20,000 nt of DNA, from positions 118,008-138,007 of the forward strand of contig JYFJ02000400.1 in the NCBI GenBank assembly GCA_000934665.2, written 5' to 3'. This document shows, piece by piece, positions 1 to 11,054 of this stretch; the stretch's first letter is position 1; every line of letters starts with the position of its first letter. Origin of the DNA: Catajapyx aquilonaris (lineage: Eukaryota). The notes under the pieces are model-generated. The model was not told the origin of the DNA. It worked only from the letters and a program-made list of their open reading frames with translations, and did not search any database. The translations under genes and the position numbers were made by a program.

Positions 1-292
1 GGCAAAGAGATGCTTCACATGTACGCTTCGTTGAGGGGGATAGCCGGTGAGGATAAGCGAGTCCAGGAGGTGAGGAGGTGGGTGAGGGACCTGGGCTTGC
101 AAGAGCACAAGTCCAAGCCTTGCGGGACCTACTCCGGTGGGAACCAGAGGAAGCTGAGCACCGCCATTGCCCTCATTGGTGACCCCAAAGTGGTCTTCCT
201 GGACGAGCCCACCAGCGGAGTTGACCCCGCAGCCAGGAGGAACCTCTGGAAGGTCCTGGCTCAGATCAAGTCCACCGGACAGGTGGTCATAC
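1..292 (+). CDS. ABCA3: ABCA-subfamily ABC transporter (ABCA3-like), NBD2 exon, 5' part; the gene begins upstream of the window
   Basis: Frame 1 reads GKEMLHMYASLRG...YSGGNQRKLSTAIALIGDPKVVFLDEPTSGVDPAARRNLW, i.e. the ABCA NBD2 signature, Walker B and D-loop. The exon is cut after GTC ATA C by the insertion at 293. The subfamily is clear; exact orthology is not. Confidence 0.93.
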
Positions 293-770
293 TGTAACGG
301 TATACCCGTTACCCCACTTGTCCTCCCTTCTTACAATGCACCCTGCCTAAAACAGCCCATCTTACATACCACCCTGGAATATCCATCCTATCCCCTATTT
401 ATTGCCCTCCACCTTTCAGTCCAATTCCTGCCCCTACCTCCCATAAAAACCCTCCTTCAGTGAATGACACCCTGTTTGTCCAACTACCCAACGAGACCAT
501 CCTCTCTTGACCTCGCCACCCTCCTTCTTCTTGACCACCCTCTTGCTTTCCCCTGCCTTTTTGAAGCAGTCTGGATAGCAACCTCCTCCAGATGACACCC
601 ATATTCCTCCTCCTGCACCTACAACATCCCCCGTACATCCTCCCTCGATCTACATTGTAATTGTTTATCTTGCCTCAATACATCAGTTATTCCATTACTA
701 TTGACTCCCCTTATTCATTCCTCACACCCCCGTGACACTTCCCTCCTGACTTGACGTAATAAGTGTTACA
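293..770. mobile_element. 478-bp insertion, probable solo LTR (Gypsy-like), inside the ABCA exon
   Basis: Starts TGTAAC (293), ends GTTACA (770), flanked by the 4-bp direct repeat ATAC (289-292, 771-774). Removing it plus one TSD copy restores VVILTSHS. No coding capacity. An AATAAA lies on the minus strand at 398-403. Confidence 0.8.
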
Positions 771-774
771 ATAC

Positions 775-787
775 TCACCTCGCACAG
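775..787 (+). CDS. ABCA3: ABCA NBD2 exon, 3' remainder after the insertion (L-T-S-H, the H-loop)
   Basis: C|TC ACC TCG CAC AG|gtactg completes ILTSH(S). The donor GT at 788 joins in phase 2 to the acceptor before 876 (AG+C = Ser). Confidence 0.85.
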
Positions 788-875
788 GTACTGTGAGATC
801 ACTTATACGAGGAGAGGAGACATCCTGCTGTACTATTACATGTACCAAACTCATCCCATACCACGCGTGTTCTAG

Positions 876-1104
876 CATGGACGAATGCGAAGCTCTGTGT
901 TCTCGACTGGCCATTATGGTCAACGGCCAGTTCCAGTGCTTGGGAGGACCTCAGCACATTAAGTCCAAGTTTGGAAGAGGCTTCAGCGTGGTGCTGAAAC
1001 TGAGGCAAGGCAGTGACGTTGCCAATCAGGAAGAAGAAGTGTCGGCTCTGAAAAGTCGAGTCGAGTCTACGCTTGCGCCTTGTGTCCTGATGGACGAGCA
1101 TCAG
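876..1104 (+). CDS. ABCA3: ABCA exon (end of NBD2, start of regulatory domain)
   Basis: Acceptor tctag| at 874-875. Reads (S)[42 protein letters not shown]...LMDEHQ. Donor gtaaca at 1105. Confidence 0.93.
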
Positions 1105-1911
1105 GTAACATAAGCACGATGATAATAATATCACTGTGTAGGGATTTCTGGTAAACAGAGAGTGCTAAATTAGGAAATACTCGTTAAGAGCAGAGTTTGC
1201 AAAATCATCGAGTTTGATTTGTTTACTCTTGTTCAAGTCTGCCTCAAAGTCATTGAGATATGTACCGGTATATCGATTAACCCCATGCTTCAAGTCCATA
1301 TACCTGAAGTCGAGGTTGCCATCTCGGTCGTTGCCATGACAGTTCTGGGAAAGACAGCGTAGATCACACCACGGTCCAAATGGTGTTTGTTTGGGTGCTT
1401 GTTGCTTGTACTTGGCAGAATTGAGGGCTTTTGGTCGTTAATTTGGTAATTATTTAAGGAAACTAAGTTCTAAATCGAAATCATATAGTGCGGTTACCCG
1501 CCTGTACCTTGACCTTGGCGGATAGAGTGAACCCGGAAAACCGGAACTGGCAGGCGACCGGAAGTTGATAATGAAACCTATACAGTATTTTGACACGCTG
1601 TAGCCGAAAAGCGGCTTGTTGAATAATTGCTGAATATAATCGCCCAAGGAACTTGCTGTTCCAGCAAAGCCCCATTGCCAAAGCCTCATTTTAAACTTTT
1701 TGCCACATTTCCCACAATTATTTCCCGGAACTGTCATGGCCGGAGGACTTTCATTCGATTCAAGATGTCCGCCGGTTGAGCATTTGTCTCAATGTTTTTG
1801 GTCTGTTTGCTTGTTTCATATACTGTATATACAGTACAATCTGATCTGATCTTGCTGATAACATTGCCTTGTTTTCGGTTGCATTGTATGCATTATTTTC
1901 TTTCTTTCTAG

Positions 1912-2070
1912 GGTCTACTGCAATATCATGTCACTAATACAACGTTGTCTTGGACTTTCCTCTTCCGAACCATGGAAAACTTGAAAAATGAGGTCGATCT
2001 GGTGGAAGACTACGCTATCAGCGAGACTACTTTGGAGCAAGTATTTCTCTCCTTCTCCAAACAGTTGTAG
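1912..2070 (+). CDS. ABCA3: ABCA terminal coding exon
   Basis: Polypyrimidine tract plus ctag| at 1910-1911, phase 0. Reads GLLQYHVTNTTLSWTFLFRTMENLKNEVDLVEDYAISETTLEQVFLSFSKQL*, containing the ABCA C-terminal DY.IS.TTLEQVF motif. Stop TAG at 2068-2070. Confidence 0.93.
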   Translation, partial: GLLQYHVTNTTLSWTFLFRTMENLKNEVDLVEDYAISETTLEQVFLSFSKQL

Positions 2071-2263
2071 AAAACAAGAGTGAAGATTTTTTTTCCACGT
2101 CCGTGAAGAGAAAAGTTAACAAAATTGGACCAAAACTGATGGGAAAGAAACCAAGAGCTTCTGACAGCTGCATACCATCTTTCGGCTTTAAAATCATGTT
2201 TGGGTGTGTCATATCGGGCACAGGGTAGACTACTTGATCTGGGAGCCACAGTAGCCTACTGTA

Positions 2264-2269
2264 AATAAA
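2264..2269 (+). promoter_or_regulatory. Candidate polyadenylation signal of the ABCA gene
   Basis: First AATAAA, about 195 nt after the stop codon. Confidence 0.4.
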
Positions 2270-2407
2270 CTCTGATAATTATTTATGACCGATTTTAGCT
2301 AAAATTATGAAACGTTTAATGGGCCATTCAATTAATATCGTGTAAGTATTTAACAGAATAACAATTCTCCAACATGTTTTGTGCTTTTTATACGATTGGT
2401 ATGTGTA

Positions 2408-2836
<429 letters not shown>

Positions 2837-4945
2837 GGTATGTGCATATTTATTGCATAGTGTGTTGTTGGACTCAAGAATCTCGATTTTATGAATATTT
2901 GAGCCTGTGAACGAGCGCTGTTCGTCATGCTGAACAATAATTCCACCGCTACACTCTAGGCGTCACATAATAATAATTTAGTATGAGTCCACTATAAAAG
3001 TCAGGCCACGATAACTTTCAATTGACGCCATCAGGTGCTGAACACACCCCTGGAACCTCCCATTTTCCAAGTTTCCATGGAGATGACCTCACAATGAGTT
3101 TTTCAGGAATGTAGAAGTTTTCCTGAGCCTCATGAGTAGGCCTATTAATTATTGTGCGGCAACGAACAGAGGAGGAAATAATTCAAAATAGAAAAAAACA
3201 ACATAGTGTATTTCAACAAGAACATATTGATATCCCTGCAAGAGTGGTGAAAGTCTCCAATTGCTACGTGTTCTGTACAATCATGTATTGTACAAATCCT
3301 ACTGTGCGTAATAATGAGAGGAATCATTATTTCCAATGCCAATGTAGCAATTTACATTTTTCCTGGTGTGTTTTGTGCTGCATGACAAAATCCCTGTAAC
3401 ACTGGATATCCATAATATAGGACAAGAACCAGGTTTCTTTTAGCTTCATCTGGTGCATTGTATTATGTGGCAAGGATTTTGTATGAACAATTTGGAATCG
3501 AGTAATAATTGACTGAATCTGGGCATGAGAGACATAAGAAGATTTTAAAAGTCAACTAAATGTCACAAACACTTTCACCCAATCAGACACGTTTTGTATA
3601 AGTGACACAAAACTGCACGATATCGTATATGACACACTGGATATCCTCAATTGTGGCAAAATACAGGCCAAAGCATGACTTTGTGGAATAATAACAATCT
3701 AAGTGACAAATATGTGTGTGTGTCACTACAGCATACGTTTAGTGTTTTCTGCGGCATAATATTGTGTCCTTCTACTTTTATTTTCTTGTCTTACTGTCAC
3801 GAACACGTTTAACAAGGACCTGGCCGACACCATGTTACACAGTTTTGTTGTGTAAGACTCTCTTTGTGCATATAGCCTACTGTAAGCAACGGTAGGGTAC
3901 TTATGAAGTTTTCACATTTTTTGACTTGTTATTTCAGGGGCATGTGTAACTGACGGCATATAAGTAAGGAACCATAACATACCTGTGCGCAAATTAATAA
4001 GCACACTTTAATTGTATTTTGCTATTGTATTATGCGAATTCACGATACTTGTCCCACATTGCCAGGATTGTATTGCACATATCAGTACAGGATGGTGACC
4101 AAGACACATGACCTAATACCGTAATTATCTTACGCGGAGGAAAGCTATTCTTATACAAGTAAATCAGCATAAGCAACTTTTGTATGTTTTTTGAAGTACT
4201 GTATGCATATGTGCAGAATGTCATGTGTTTCAACCCTACAACCAGCATTTGGTGCTAAATAATCAGTTACAGCTGCTTGTTCTGTCAGATACACATCTTA
4301 CAGAATGTTCCATATACACTTCACTTGAAAAGGCCATTACTTCGGTTACTCGGTTTCGGAAATCCCATGACTTTCTGAATAGAGAAATCCTCTCTTCTGC
4401 AGAACATCACTCCGGAAGTTTGTCAGTTTCCAAATGGTAAAATCCTGTACTTTTTTCCCATTATTTCAGTGTTCATTGCTGAAGGTTCGAAATAAAAATT
4501 CCCTCCAAGCGGACCGTGATTGTACGAAACGTTTCCAAGAAGTACGGCAGAGGGAAAACAGCCCAACGTGTATTTCGTAACCTGTAAATCGACGTTCATG
4601 CAGGAACCATGTGAGCAATCTAGTCATTAGAAGAGAAAAAGGTCCATTGCTTTCTTGAGAGCTATTGCATGATGGATGAGTTAACAACTCTAATGAGAAC
4701 CACCAGTTGCATACTGTTTAAATCAATTGGTAAAGGTCTTACGTGTACGCCTGCTTTGTTTCACTACTTTCAGTGTTTAGTCCCCAACTACGGTAGACTT
4801 TTAGAGGAGCTCGTCAAATCCTCGGCAAAGTGAGGGTCATACCATCCAATTCTAAAGGACCAAAGAGAATATTAAGCCCGACATAAAACCTCCCCAGGAA
4901 GAAGTTGGCAGAATAAGCCTTTGGCAGTTACAGGTATATATAGCC

Positions 4946-4967
4946 TATATATATATATATATATATA
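4946..4967. repeat. (TA)n microsatellite
   Basis: Directly visible. Confidence 0.9.
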
Positions 4968-5366
4968 TTTTTAACAGGTATATTCGCATCCACAATATTC
5001 CTTATTCTTGGACGCCTCTTGCCTGCTGAAACATTTTCTTCCACAAAACAGGTTCATGCCACGTTATAGCCCCATTATCATAGATTCATTTGGCATGAAT
5101 TTCAAAATGAGATCTCACAGGTCAGAAAATGAAATGTGACCGGCTTTTTCCGATTCCAGATCACTGTGCGCCGCCGGTGGGGGTGCTGTCGTTGCGCTGA
5201 CCTCACCTGCTACGTACGATTGTGGGTGGCGGTTGCCGTCCTGCATGGGGCCACTGGAGCAGCAGGAGCAGCAGCAGTGATGAAGCATGAAGGAGCTTTT
5301 GATGACCAGCAGCTGCAGCCCACCGATTGACCAGCAGTTCCTCTTTTCCTTTCCTCTTCCCCCTCC

Positions 5367-6076
5367 ACTAACAAGGGAACGGTCAGGGTCGAGAACCTCC
5401 GATTTGGTTGAAACTGGCTTGAGGGGTCATTTATGCGCGATAGACACAGTGGTGAAAGTGTTATCTCGCAACGTCCAGCCGTTTCCGAGATATGAGCGAC
5501 AGAAACATCCGAATTTTGGCCGCGCGCATTTGCCGGGAGCCTCTCTGCCAGCTCCAAATCCCTTCTACCTTGATTCCCCCCGCCCCCTTTACCCACTCTT
5601 CGATCCCACACCACCATCCCCCACTCCCCCACCAACATTTTCGTTTTCCATAGTTTCTTTGCTCCGGTATTTATTATGAGTTTTCCCATTACCCATTACC
5701 CAATTTTAGGTATAGAAGCTCTTTCTTCGCAGTTGACAGAAGCGAAAGAAAGCAGCTTGATGGTCTCATAAAATACCGGAGCAAAGAAACTATGGAAAAC
5801 GAAAATGTTGGTGGGGGAGTGGGGGTTGGTGGTGTGGGATCGAAAAGTGGGTAAAGGGAGCGGGGGGAATCAAGGTAGAAGGGATTTGGAGCTGGCAGAG
5901 CGGCTCCCGGCAAATGCGCGCGGCCAAAATTTGGATGTTTCTGTCGCTCATATCTGGGAAACGGCTGGACGTTGCGAGCTAACACTTTCACCACTGTGTC
6001 TATCGCACATGAATGACCCCTCAAGCCAGTTTCAACCAAATCGGAGATTCTCGACCCTGACCGTTCCCTTGTCAGT
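5367..6076. mobile_element. Foldback/MITE-like element with ~310-bp inverted arms
   Basis: 5367-5680 is the reverse complement of 5765-6076, with about ten substitutions and a 2-nt indel; 84-bp spacer. The mirror-image ORFs in the track (5287+/5689-, 5210-/5805+) reflect this symmetry. Confidence 0.85.
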
Positions 6077-7282
6077 TTGGGACCTGGAAGGTCCAAATAC
6101 CAGTGCTCAAGGAACCCACCTAGTTTTCTTGGTATGAGCTAGCTAGGGGCGGACCCGGGGTCGTCACACTCTTCATCATCCAGGATTCACATCATGCGTT
6201 TCAATCATCAAAAGGTCTGGATATAAAGGCAACAATAAATTGAGTCGACGGAAATAATATTATTGACTTTATTGTCGTTTATGCCACACAAGCACGTGGT
6301 TATATATTCGTTATAGAAGATAGACTTTCAGACTTTTCCTCTTTAAAAAAAACAAACGAAAAAGTCCTATATGGAAAGGCTCTGTCCATCGTTGGACAGA
6401 CGTAGGCTATCGGCGCTGGTATATTTTAATTGCCTTCTCTCTCTTTTTGTTGATGTTTTTATAGGCTACTGTGATAATTTCTTGAAACAGCAGAGAAGCA
6501 AGTTTTTTTTGCAAGATTGTAAGCATCCAAGCTGAATGCTGTTATCAAGTGGATTATTAACAACAATGTTGGAGCTTGATAATTAAATTGTTGGCAAAAA
6601 TACTCATAATCTTTATTTGTGGACGTAAAAGAACCTGTTGACAAATTTCAGGTGGTCCTGTTGTGTGTCTGCTCAAGATTGCATGCGTCAGGTTAGTGGC
6701 AGTCATTATTATTTTCCATTCTTCTATTCAACCTCACGAGTACAACAAAGCATGAAACCTTTGCATTGTCCCGAGTAATATTTTATGAGTCTGTAGGCCT
6801 ACTTGTATGTCACATTAGACTGTTGGAGCCTTCAAGGTTGAAGTCCGGTACCAGTTGCTTAACATTTAATCAGGGATCAGAAGTGTGTAATTAATGGGTA
6901 AGTTGAATAATGTGGCAAGTGCATGTCTTTGAATGAGATTCAGTTAGACTAGATTGATAAAAATTGCCAGATCGTTTGGTACAAGAACGAGAATCAACGC
7001 CCTGGGTGACACCCGCCTTCTGCCCTTCACAGGTAATGACAAACTTTGACTTATTGTTTGCAATTAGCCTACTACACAATGGCATATATCGAGTGTAGGC
7101 CCTATATGGGTTCAAATTTTATGAACGAACTTCCGACTGGAACTGTCTTTTGCCACTATAGCAAAATACCGTTTACCAACCTCTTGTGAAATACTGCGGA
7201 TAAGTGACTTTCCATGCTTGTTGTTACCTCAGGTGGCGATATGCTGGCAAAAAGAAACATTGACACAAATACACCATGGAAA

Positions 7283-7304
7283 TAGTCGTCACATGTGACG
7301 ACTA
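7283..7304. repeat. Perfect 22-bp palindrome
   Basis: TAGTCGTCACATGTGACGACTA is its own reverse complement. Confidence 0.9.
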
Positions 7305-8603
7305 AGATTTATTGATCAGTTTAATAGCCGTGCAATTTCAGATGCACAAAGACTGTGGTACTCCTCAATGATAATTATTATAAGTTAGTCTTATTTTCCT
7401 GGTCCAGAAATTCTTATTTGTCGACGAAACACCTTGCAATACAATGTGACACGTATGGCCAGCCCTGCTCACACCCCACTCCCCACACGGTACATCTGAC
7501 CAAACCCTGCCCATATAGATATTAAATATCTATGACCCTGACTGACACATCGCATTGCTTAGCCCTCATAAAAATAATGTCTGTAAACGAGCCGTGAAAA
7601 ATATAAATCGGGTCGGGAAAACATCAATAACTCACTCAGAATAATGTGATGGATATATCTAACCCCAACACTGTGCCAGATAGCTCCTAATGGATCGTTA
7701 GGAGCCCTTTTAAAGTGTGCTAACGATTTGTAAGTAGCTATCGAATAGGTCATTTTGTTGGTGCAATGACGCATAAGAGTGTGTAAAATCAGAAAATATT
7801 TATGACGTAGGACACTGCGCGTTTGTGAATTCAAAAGTGCAATTAGATAAAATATATTGGCCAAAAATAACCTTACTATTGTTCTAAACTCATATCTCGA
7901 GAGTGGATGGAGCCGTGTATATATACGTAATTATAGGTAACGCCCTTGGACGAGTATGGGGTATGTGGCTGGCAGAGTGAGACCCAGTGCAAAGGGCGTA
8001 AATTTCCGAAGTGAAGGTGCCACCTCTTGGATCTTTCGGCACCAAGTGCTCCACATATTGATGGCCATAAGTCACCATTATTCTGGTGGCAGTACTTTGC
8101 TGAAACCCGCACTTCTCCTCTGGCTACGGCGCAGTTTGCAAGTGTGGCGTATGCCTCCCGATAACAGTGCCTCCCGATAACCGTCAAGCAGAGTCCTGCG
8201 CCAAGTGAACCGAGCAAATGGGGGTGACTTTAGATGAGATAGAAAGGTTACTTCATGGGGCAGAAGAACGTATAGCAAATAGGATGAAGGTAGAAATGAC
8301 GAGACTACTACAGTCATGTGTAGATTTAGGCCTACCTGTACAGAAATTGTTGCACAGGTATGGTGTCCTTTGCATCTCTTTATGTTCTTAATTTTTGAAG
8401 TTGTCCTTTTGCACACTGACGTTGTGATTTATTCTCCCTACAGTTTTAGCTATATAGGGAGAAATGTCTTGGTGTGTGTGTGTGTTGTGTGGTTTTCCTT
8501 CGCTGTCATATGTTCAAAGCAGGCCTATAAATTGTTGAAGATTTTGCACTTCCCGCATTTTTTTTATCCCACTTTTTGAGAATCTCCCTCCCCCAATGTA
8601 TCT

Positions 8604-8730
8604 CCACCTTGCCGGGGTGGTGGGGCTTGCGTTTTCCCATGATCCTGAAGAGCTATGCCGGCGGTAGCTTCTTCTATTGGTAGGGCCACCCAAGCAGGAC
8701 AGGTCTTTGGGGTATAGGAGACAGACTAAG
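8604..8730 (+). mobile_element. 5' untranslated segment of an RTE-clade non-LTR retrotransposon (or of an RTE-related SINE), isolated fragment
   Basis: Ordered motifs CCTTG..GTGG..GGGGCTTGCGT..ATGA..GAGCTATGCCG..AGGGCCACCCAAG..GGACAGGTC..AGACTAA match the RTE/BovB-type 5' region as I recall it (not database-checked). No ORF follows. Confidence 0.6.
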
Positions 8731-8973
8731 ATAAGACTAAGAGAGATACCAGTCTTTCCTCTCTTCTTTTTTCCTATTCGTTTCTCTATCCATCTGCCAC
8801 ACCGTTATGTATTCTGAGATAACCACATTGCCATAGTTTCTTGGCTCTTTATTACGCAAACTCACCAGAATTTTTACACCCTTCCAGTGCCTACATTTGC
8901 AACATACATACCACAAGTGCTGCTGTGTAACAGTAATAACTACTGTCCGTCGCCATTGCAGACCCCTCAACTG

Positions 8974-9514
8974 GTAAGTACTTTTTAACATATTTAGATT
9001 TACAAGCTCTAAAAGGACCAAAAGCAATTGGTCTCATAGTTTCTTATTGTGATTCTGATTTTTTTTAAAGCCAGCAAAATAATAATGAAAAATCTAGGCC
9101 ACACATAACACTTCCATTTTTGTATTGGAAAAATTTCCTTGTTTAGGCTGCTGGCATAATTATCCACCAATTCAGATAAATGTCTAAAATTTAATTCTCT
9201 ACTATTTGGAATTTATTGGACCGACCAAGCCATTAAGGCCCAACAGCCCATTCACTCAACATTTACAACAAAATTAATACAGAACAAAACATCAACTTGG
9301 CATGCCAGAAGCATTTTCAATGGGCAGAATTGCTGAAAGGAGTGTAAGCTTGGCCAGTTGGCCTAATATTTCCTTACTGTGACTTTAATTTTTAATATGA
9401 AGATATAATGGAAAGACCTCCATTTTATGTTTCTGTATGATAAACTTAAAGACTGCTGGCATAATGTAAAATCCACTCATGCAGATAAACTCTTATACAC
9501 TTTAGTTCTCACAG
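8974..9514 (+). other. Probable 5'-UTR intron of the LRR gene
   Basis: Consensus donor CTG|GTAAGT at 8974 and acceptor tttagttctcacAG at 9513-9514, 25 nt upstream of the gccATG at 9540. Confidence 0.5.
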
Positions 9515-9539
9515 GGGTTATCCCCCCCTGTCCCTAGCC

Positions 9540-11054
9540 ATGCCAAGAAGGAAACAGCCTCAAAGCCTGAGGCTCATGAGCCTGAGCTGCCTGACCAGCG
9601 CTGTGCTACAAGCCTGCAAGAGGAGCAATGGCCACAATTAGGATGGGATTAGTCAATTTGTCCATGGCATACCCAGGGTGTTTGCAAGCGAATTCGTATT
9701 GAAGACACTCAAGTTGTACTCAGAGGTAGAAGACAACAACTACAGCATTAGGGAAGCATTGCATCCTAAATGCACCAAGATAACAGCAGAGGATGGAAAG
9801 GGACTTGTGACACTTCCATCACATTGTTACAGCCAGTTGTTCACCAATCTTCATGTTATGAATGAGCTGCAAGTTTTTAACACATACTACGAAGGGACGG
9901 ACAGAACCACTAACAATGTGTTAAGATCTCTTCCATATGCAAACCTGCCCAATCTCCGTGAAGTTTGCATAATACTGCTTTCACGCACCCAGCACCTGGA
10001 GCAGTTGGCTGAGCATTGCCCACTCCTGGAGGATGTGACGATTGACGATGCCCTCCTGACACATGATCTTCGAATTCTCTCAACCTGCAGCCACCTTAAA
10101 AAAATTGATGTTGTTTTCCTTCAGCCTGATGTTGCCATCCACCTGCTTGAGAACCTGCCCAGCCTGGAATGTTTGAGCATTGACCACGTGACCGAAGTGT
10201 TGCCACTCTGCACAAGGATATATCCCTTGAAAAGATTTGCTTCATACATGATACCGATGGACTCCACTCACTTACCAAGGCTCTTGTCACACTTTCCTCA
10301 TCTTGTAGAGCTGAATCTGAGCATGGCCAGTGGCACAGATCCAAGCCCAATTAACAATCTCCTAGGTCTTAAACGCTTACAAATAAGAGGAGGTACAGCT
10401 TCCAGTCTTGTCTGCCTGATAGAATCGTGCATGGGTCGTCTGTCAGAGTTGCATTTGATCAATGTCACCAACCTTACTATTTTGTTCTCACTACAGTTGA
10501 ACATTCATGGCCCATCAAAGCTCAAATCCCTGGAAATTTCAGGATGCACTGGAATTAACCTGGCCACCATTGGTGAATTATTTCCATACATAGAGTCTCT
10601 TGAGTTATATGGCAATGGATTTATTCATCTTGCTCCTTGCCAAATGATGGTGAGATCTGCTTTTCAATCACTTGAACGATTGAAGATAACTGAGAGGGTG
10701 CCAATGGATCAAGCCAAATATCTGTTGTCAGCATCCAGCCACACATTAAAGATTCTTAATATTCATAACTTCTCCAAAATTTCGATTGCATGGGATCTGC
10801 TGTCTGGAGTTAGACTGAATAAGGAGTTACGTGAAATCTTCATAACGGACAGGGAGATGACAAAAGATATAATTCCAAAGATTTTGGCTGTATGCGGAGA
10901 TAACCTGGCAAGGGCAATGGCTCATGGTAATAATTTGGAATTGTCAGAAGATGAAGTTTGTGCATTGGAAAGTCAGTTGCAACCATATGACATGGTTTTT
11001 GAAATCTGGAGGCGGTATGGATTGTGGTATATGCATAAGGATAACCATGACTAA
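9540..11054 (+). pseudogene. Leucine-rich-repeat protein with N-terminal BC-box/Cul2-box (PRAME/ZYG11-like CRL2 receptor architecture), single coding exon, 504 codons with one internal TAG
   Basis: GCCATG at 9540 reads MPRRKQPQSLRLMSLSCL...GHN*DGISQFVHGIPRVFASEFV, in frame with the 458-aa track ORF (GTG start at 9678). TAG is at 9639-9641. Repeated RNI-like LRR units: LPNLREVCI, CPLLEDVTI, CSHLKKIDV, LPSLECLSI, FPHLVELNL, LLGLKRLQI, KLKSLEI, FQSLERLKI. Confidence 0.75.

Noticed and set aside
5160..5330. GC-rich, exon-like segment with splice-like words on both strands
   Set aside because: No recognisable product or partner exons.
5210..6137. Four 110-159 aa ORFs that look like duplicated genes
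   Set aside because: Mirror products of the foldback arms, with no recognisable protein features.
6381..6400. 8-bp perfect hairpin TCTGTCCA-tcgt-TGGACAGA
   Set aside because: No properly spaced CTRR or matching Helitron 5' end; short enough to be chance.
7558..8235. CpG-richer block with a 14-bp direct repeat (8152-8165, 8168-8181), possibly a DNA transposon relic
   Set aside because: No convincing TIRs, TSD or coding homology.
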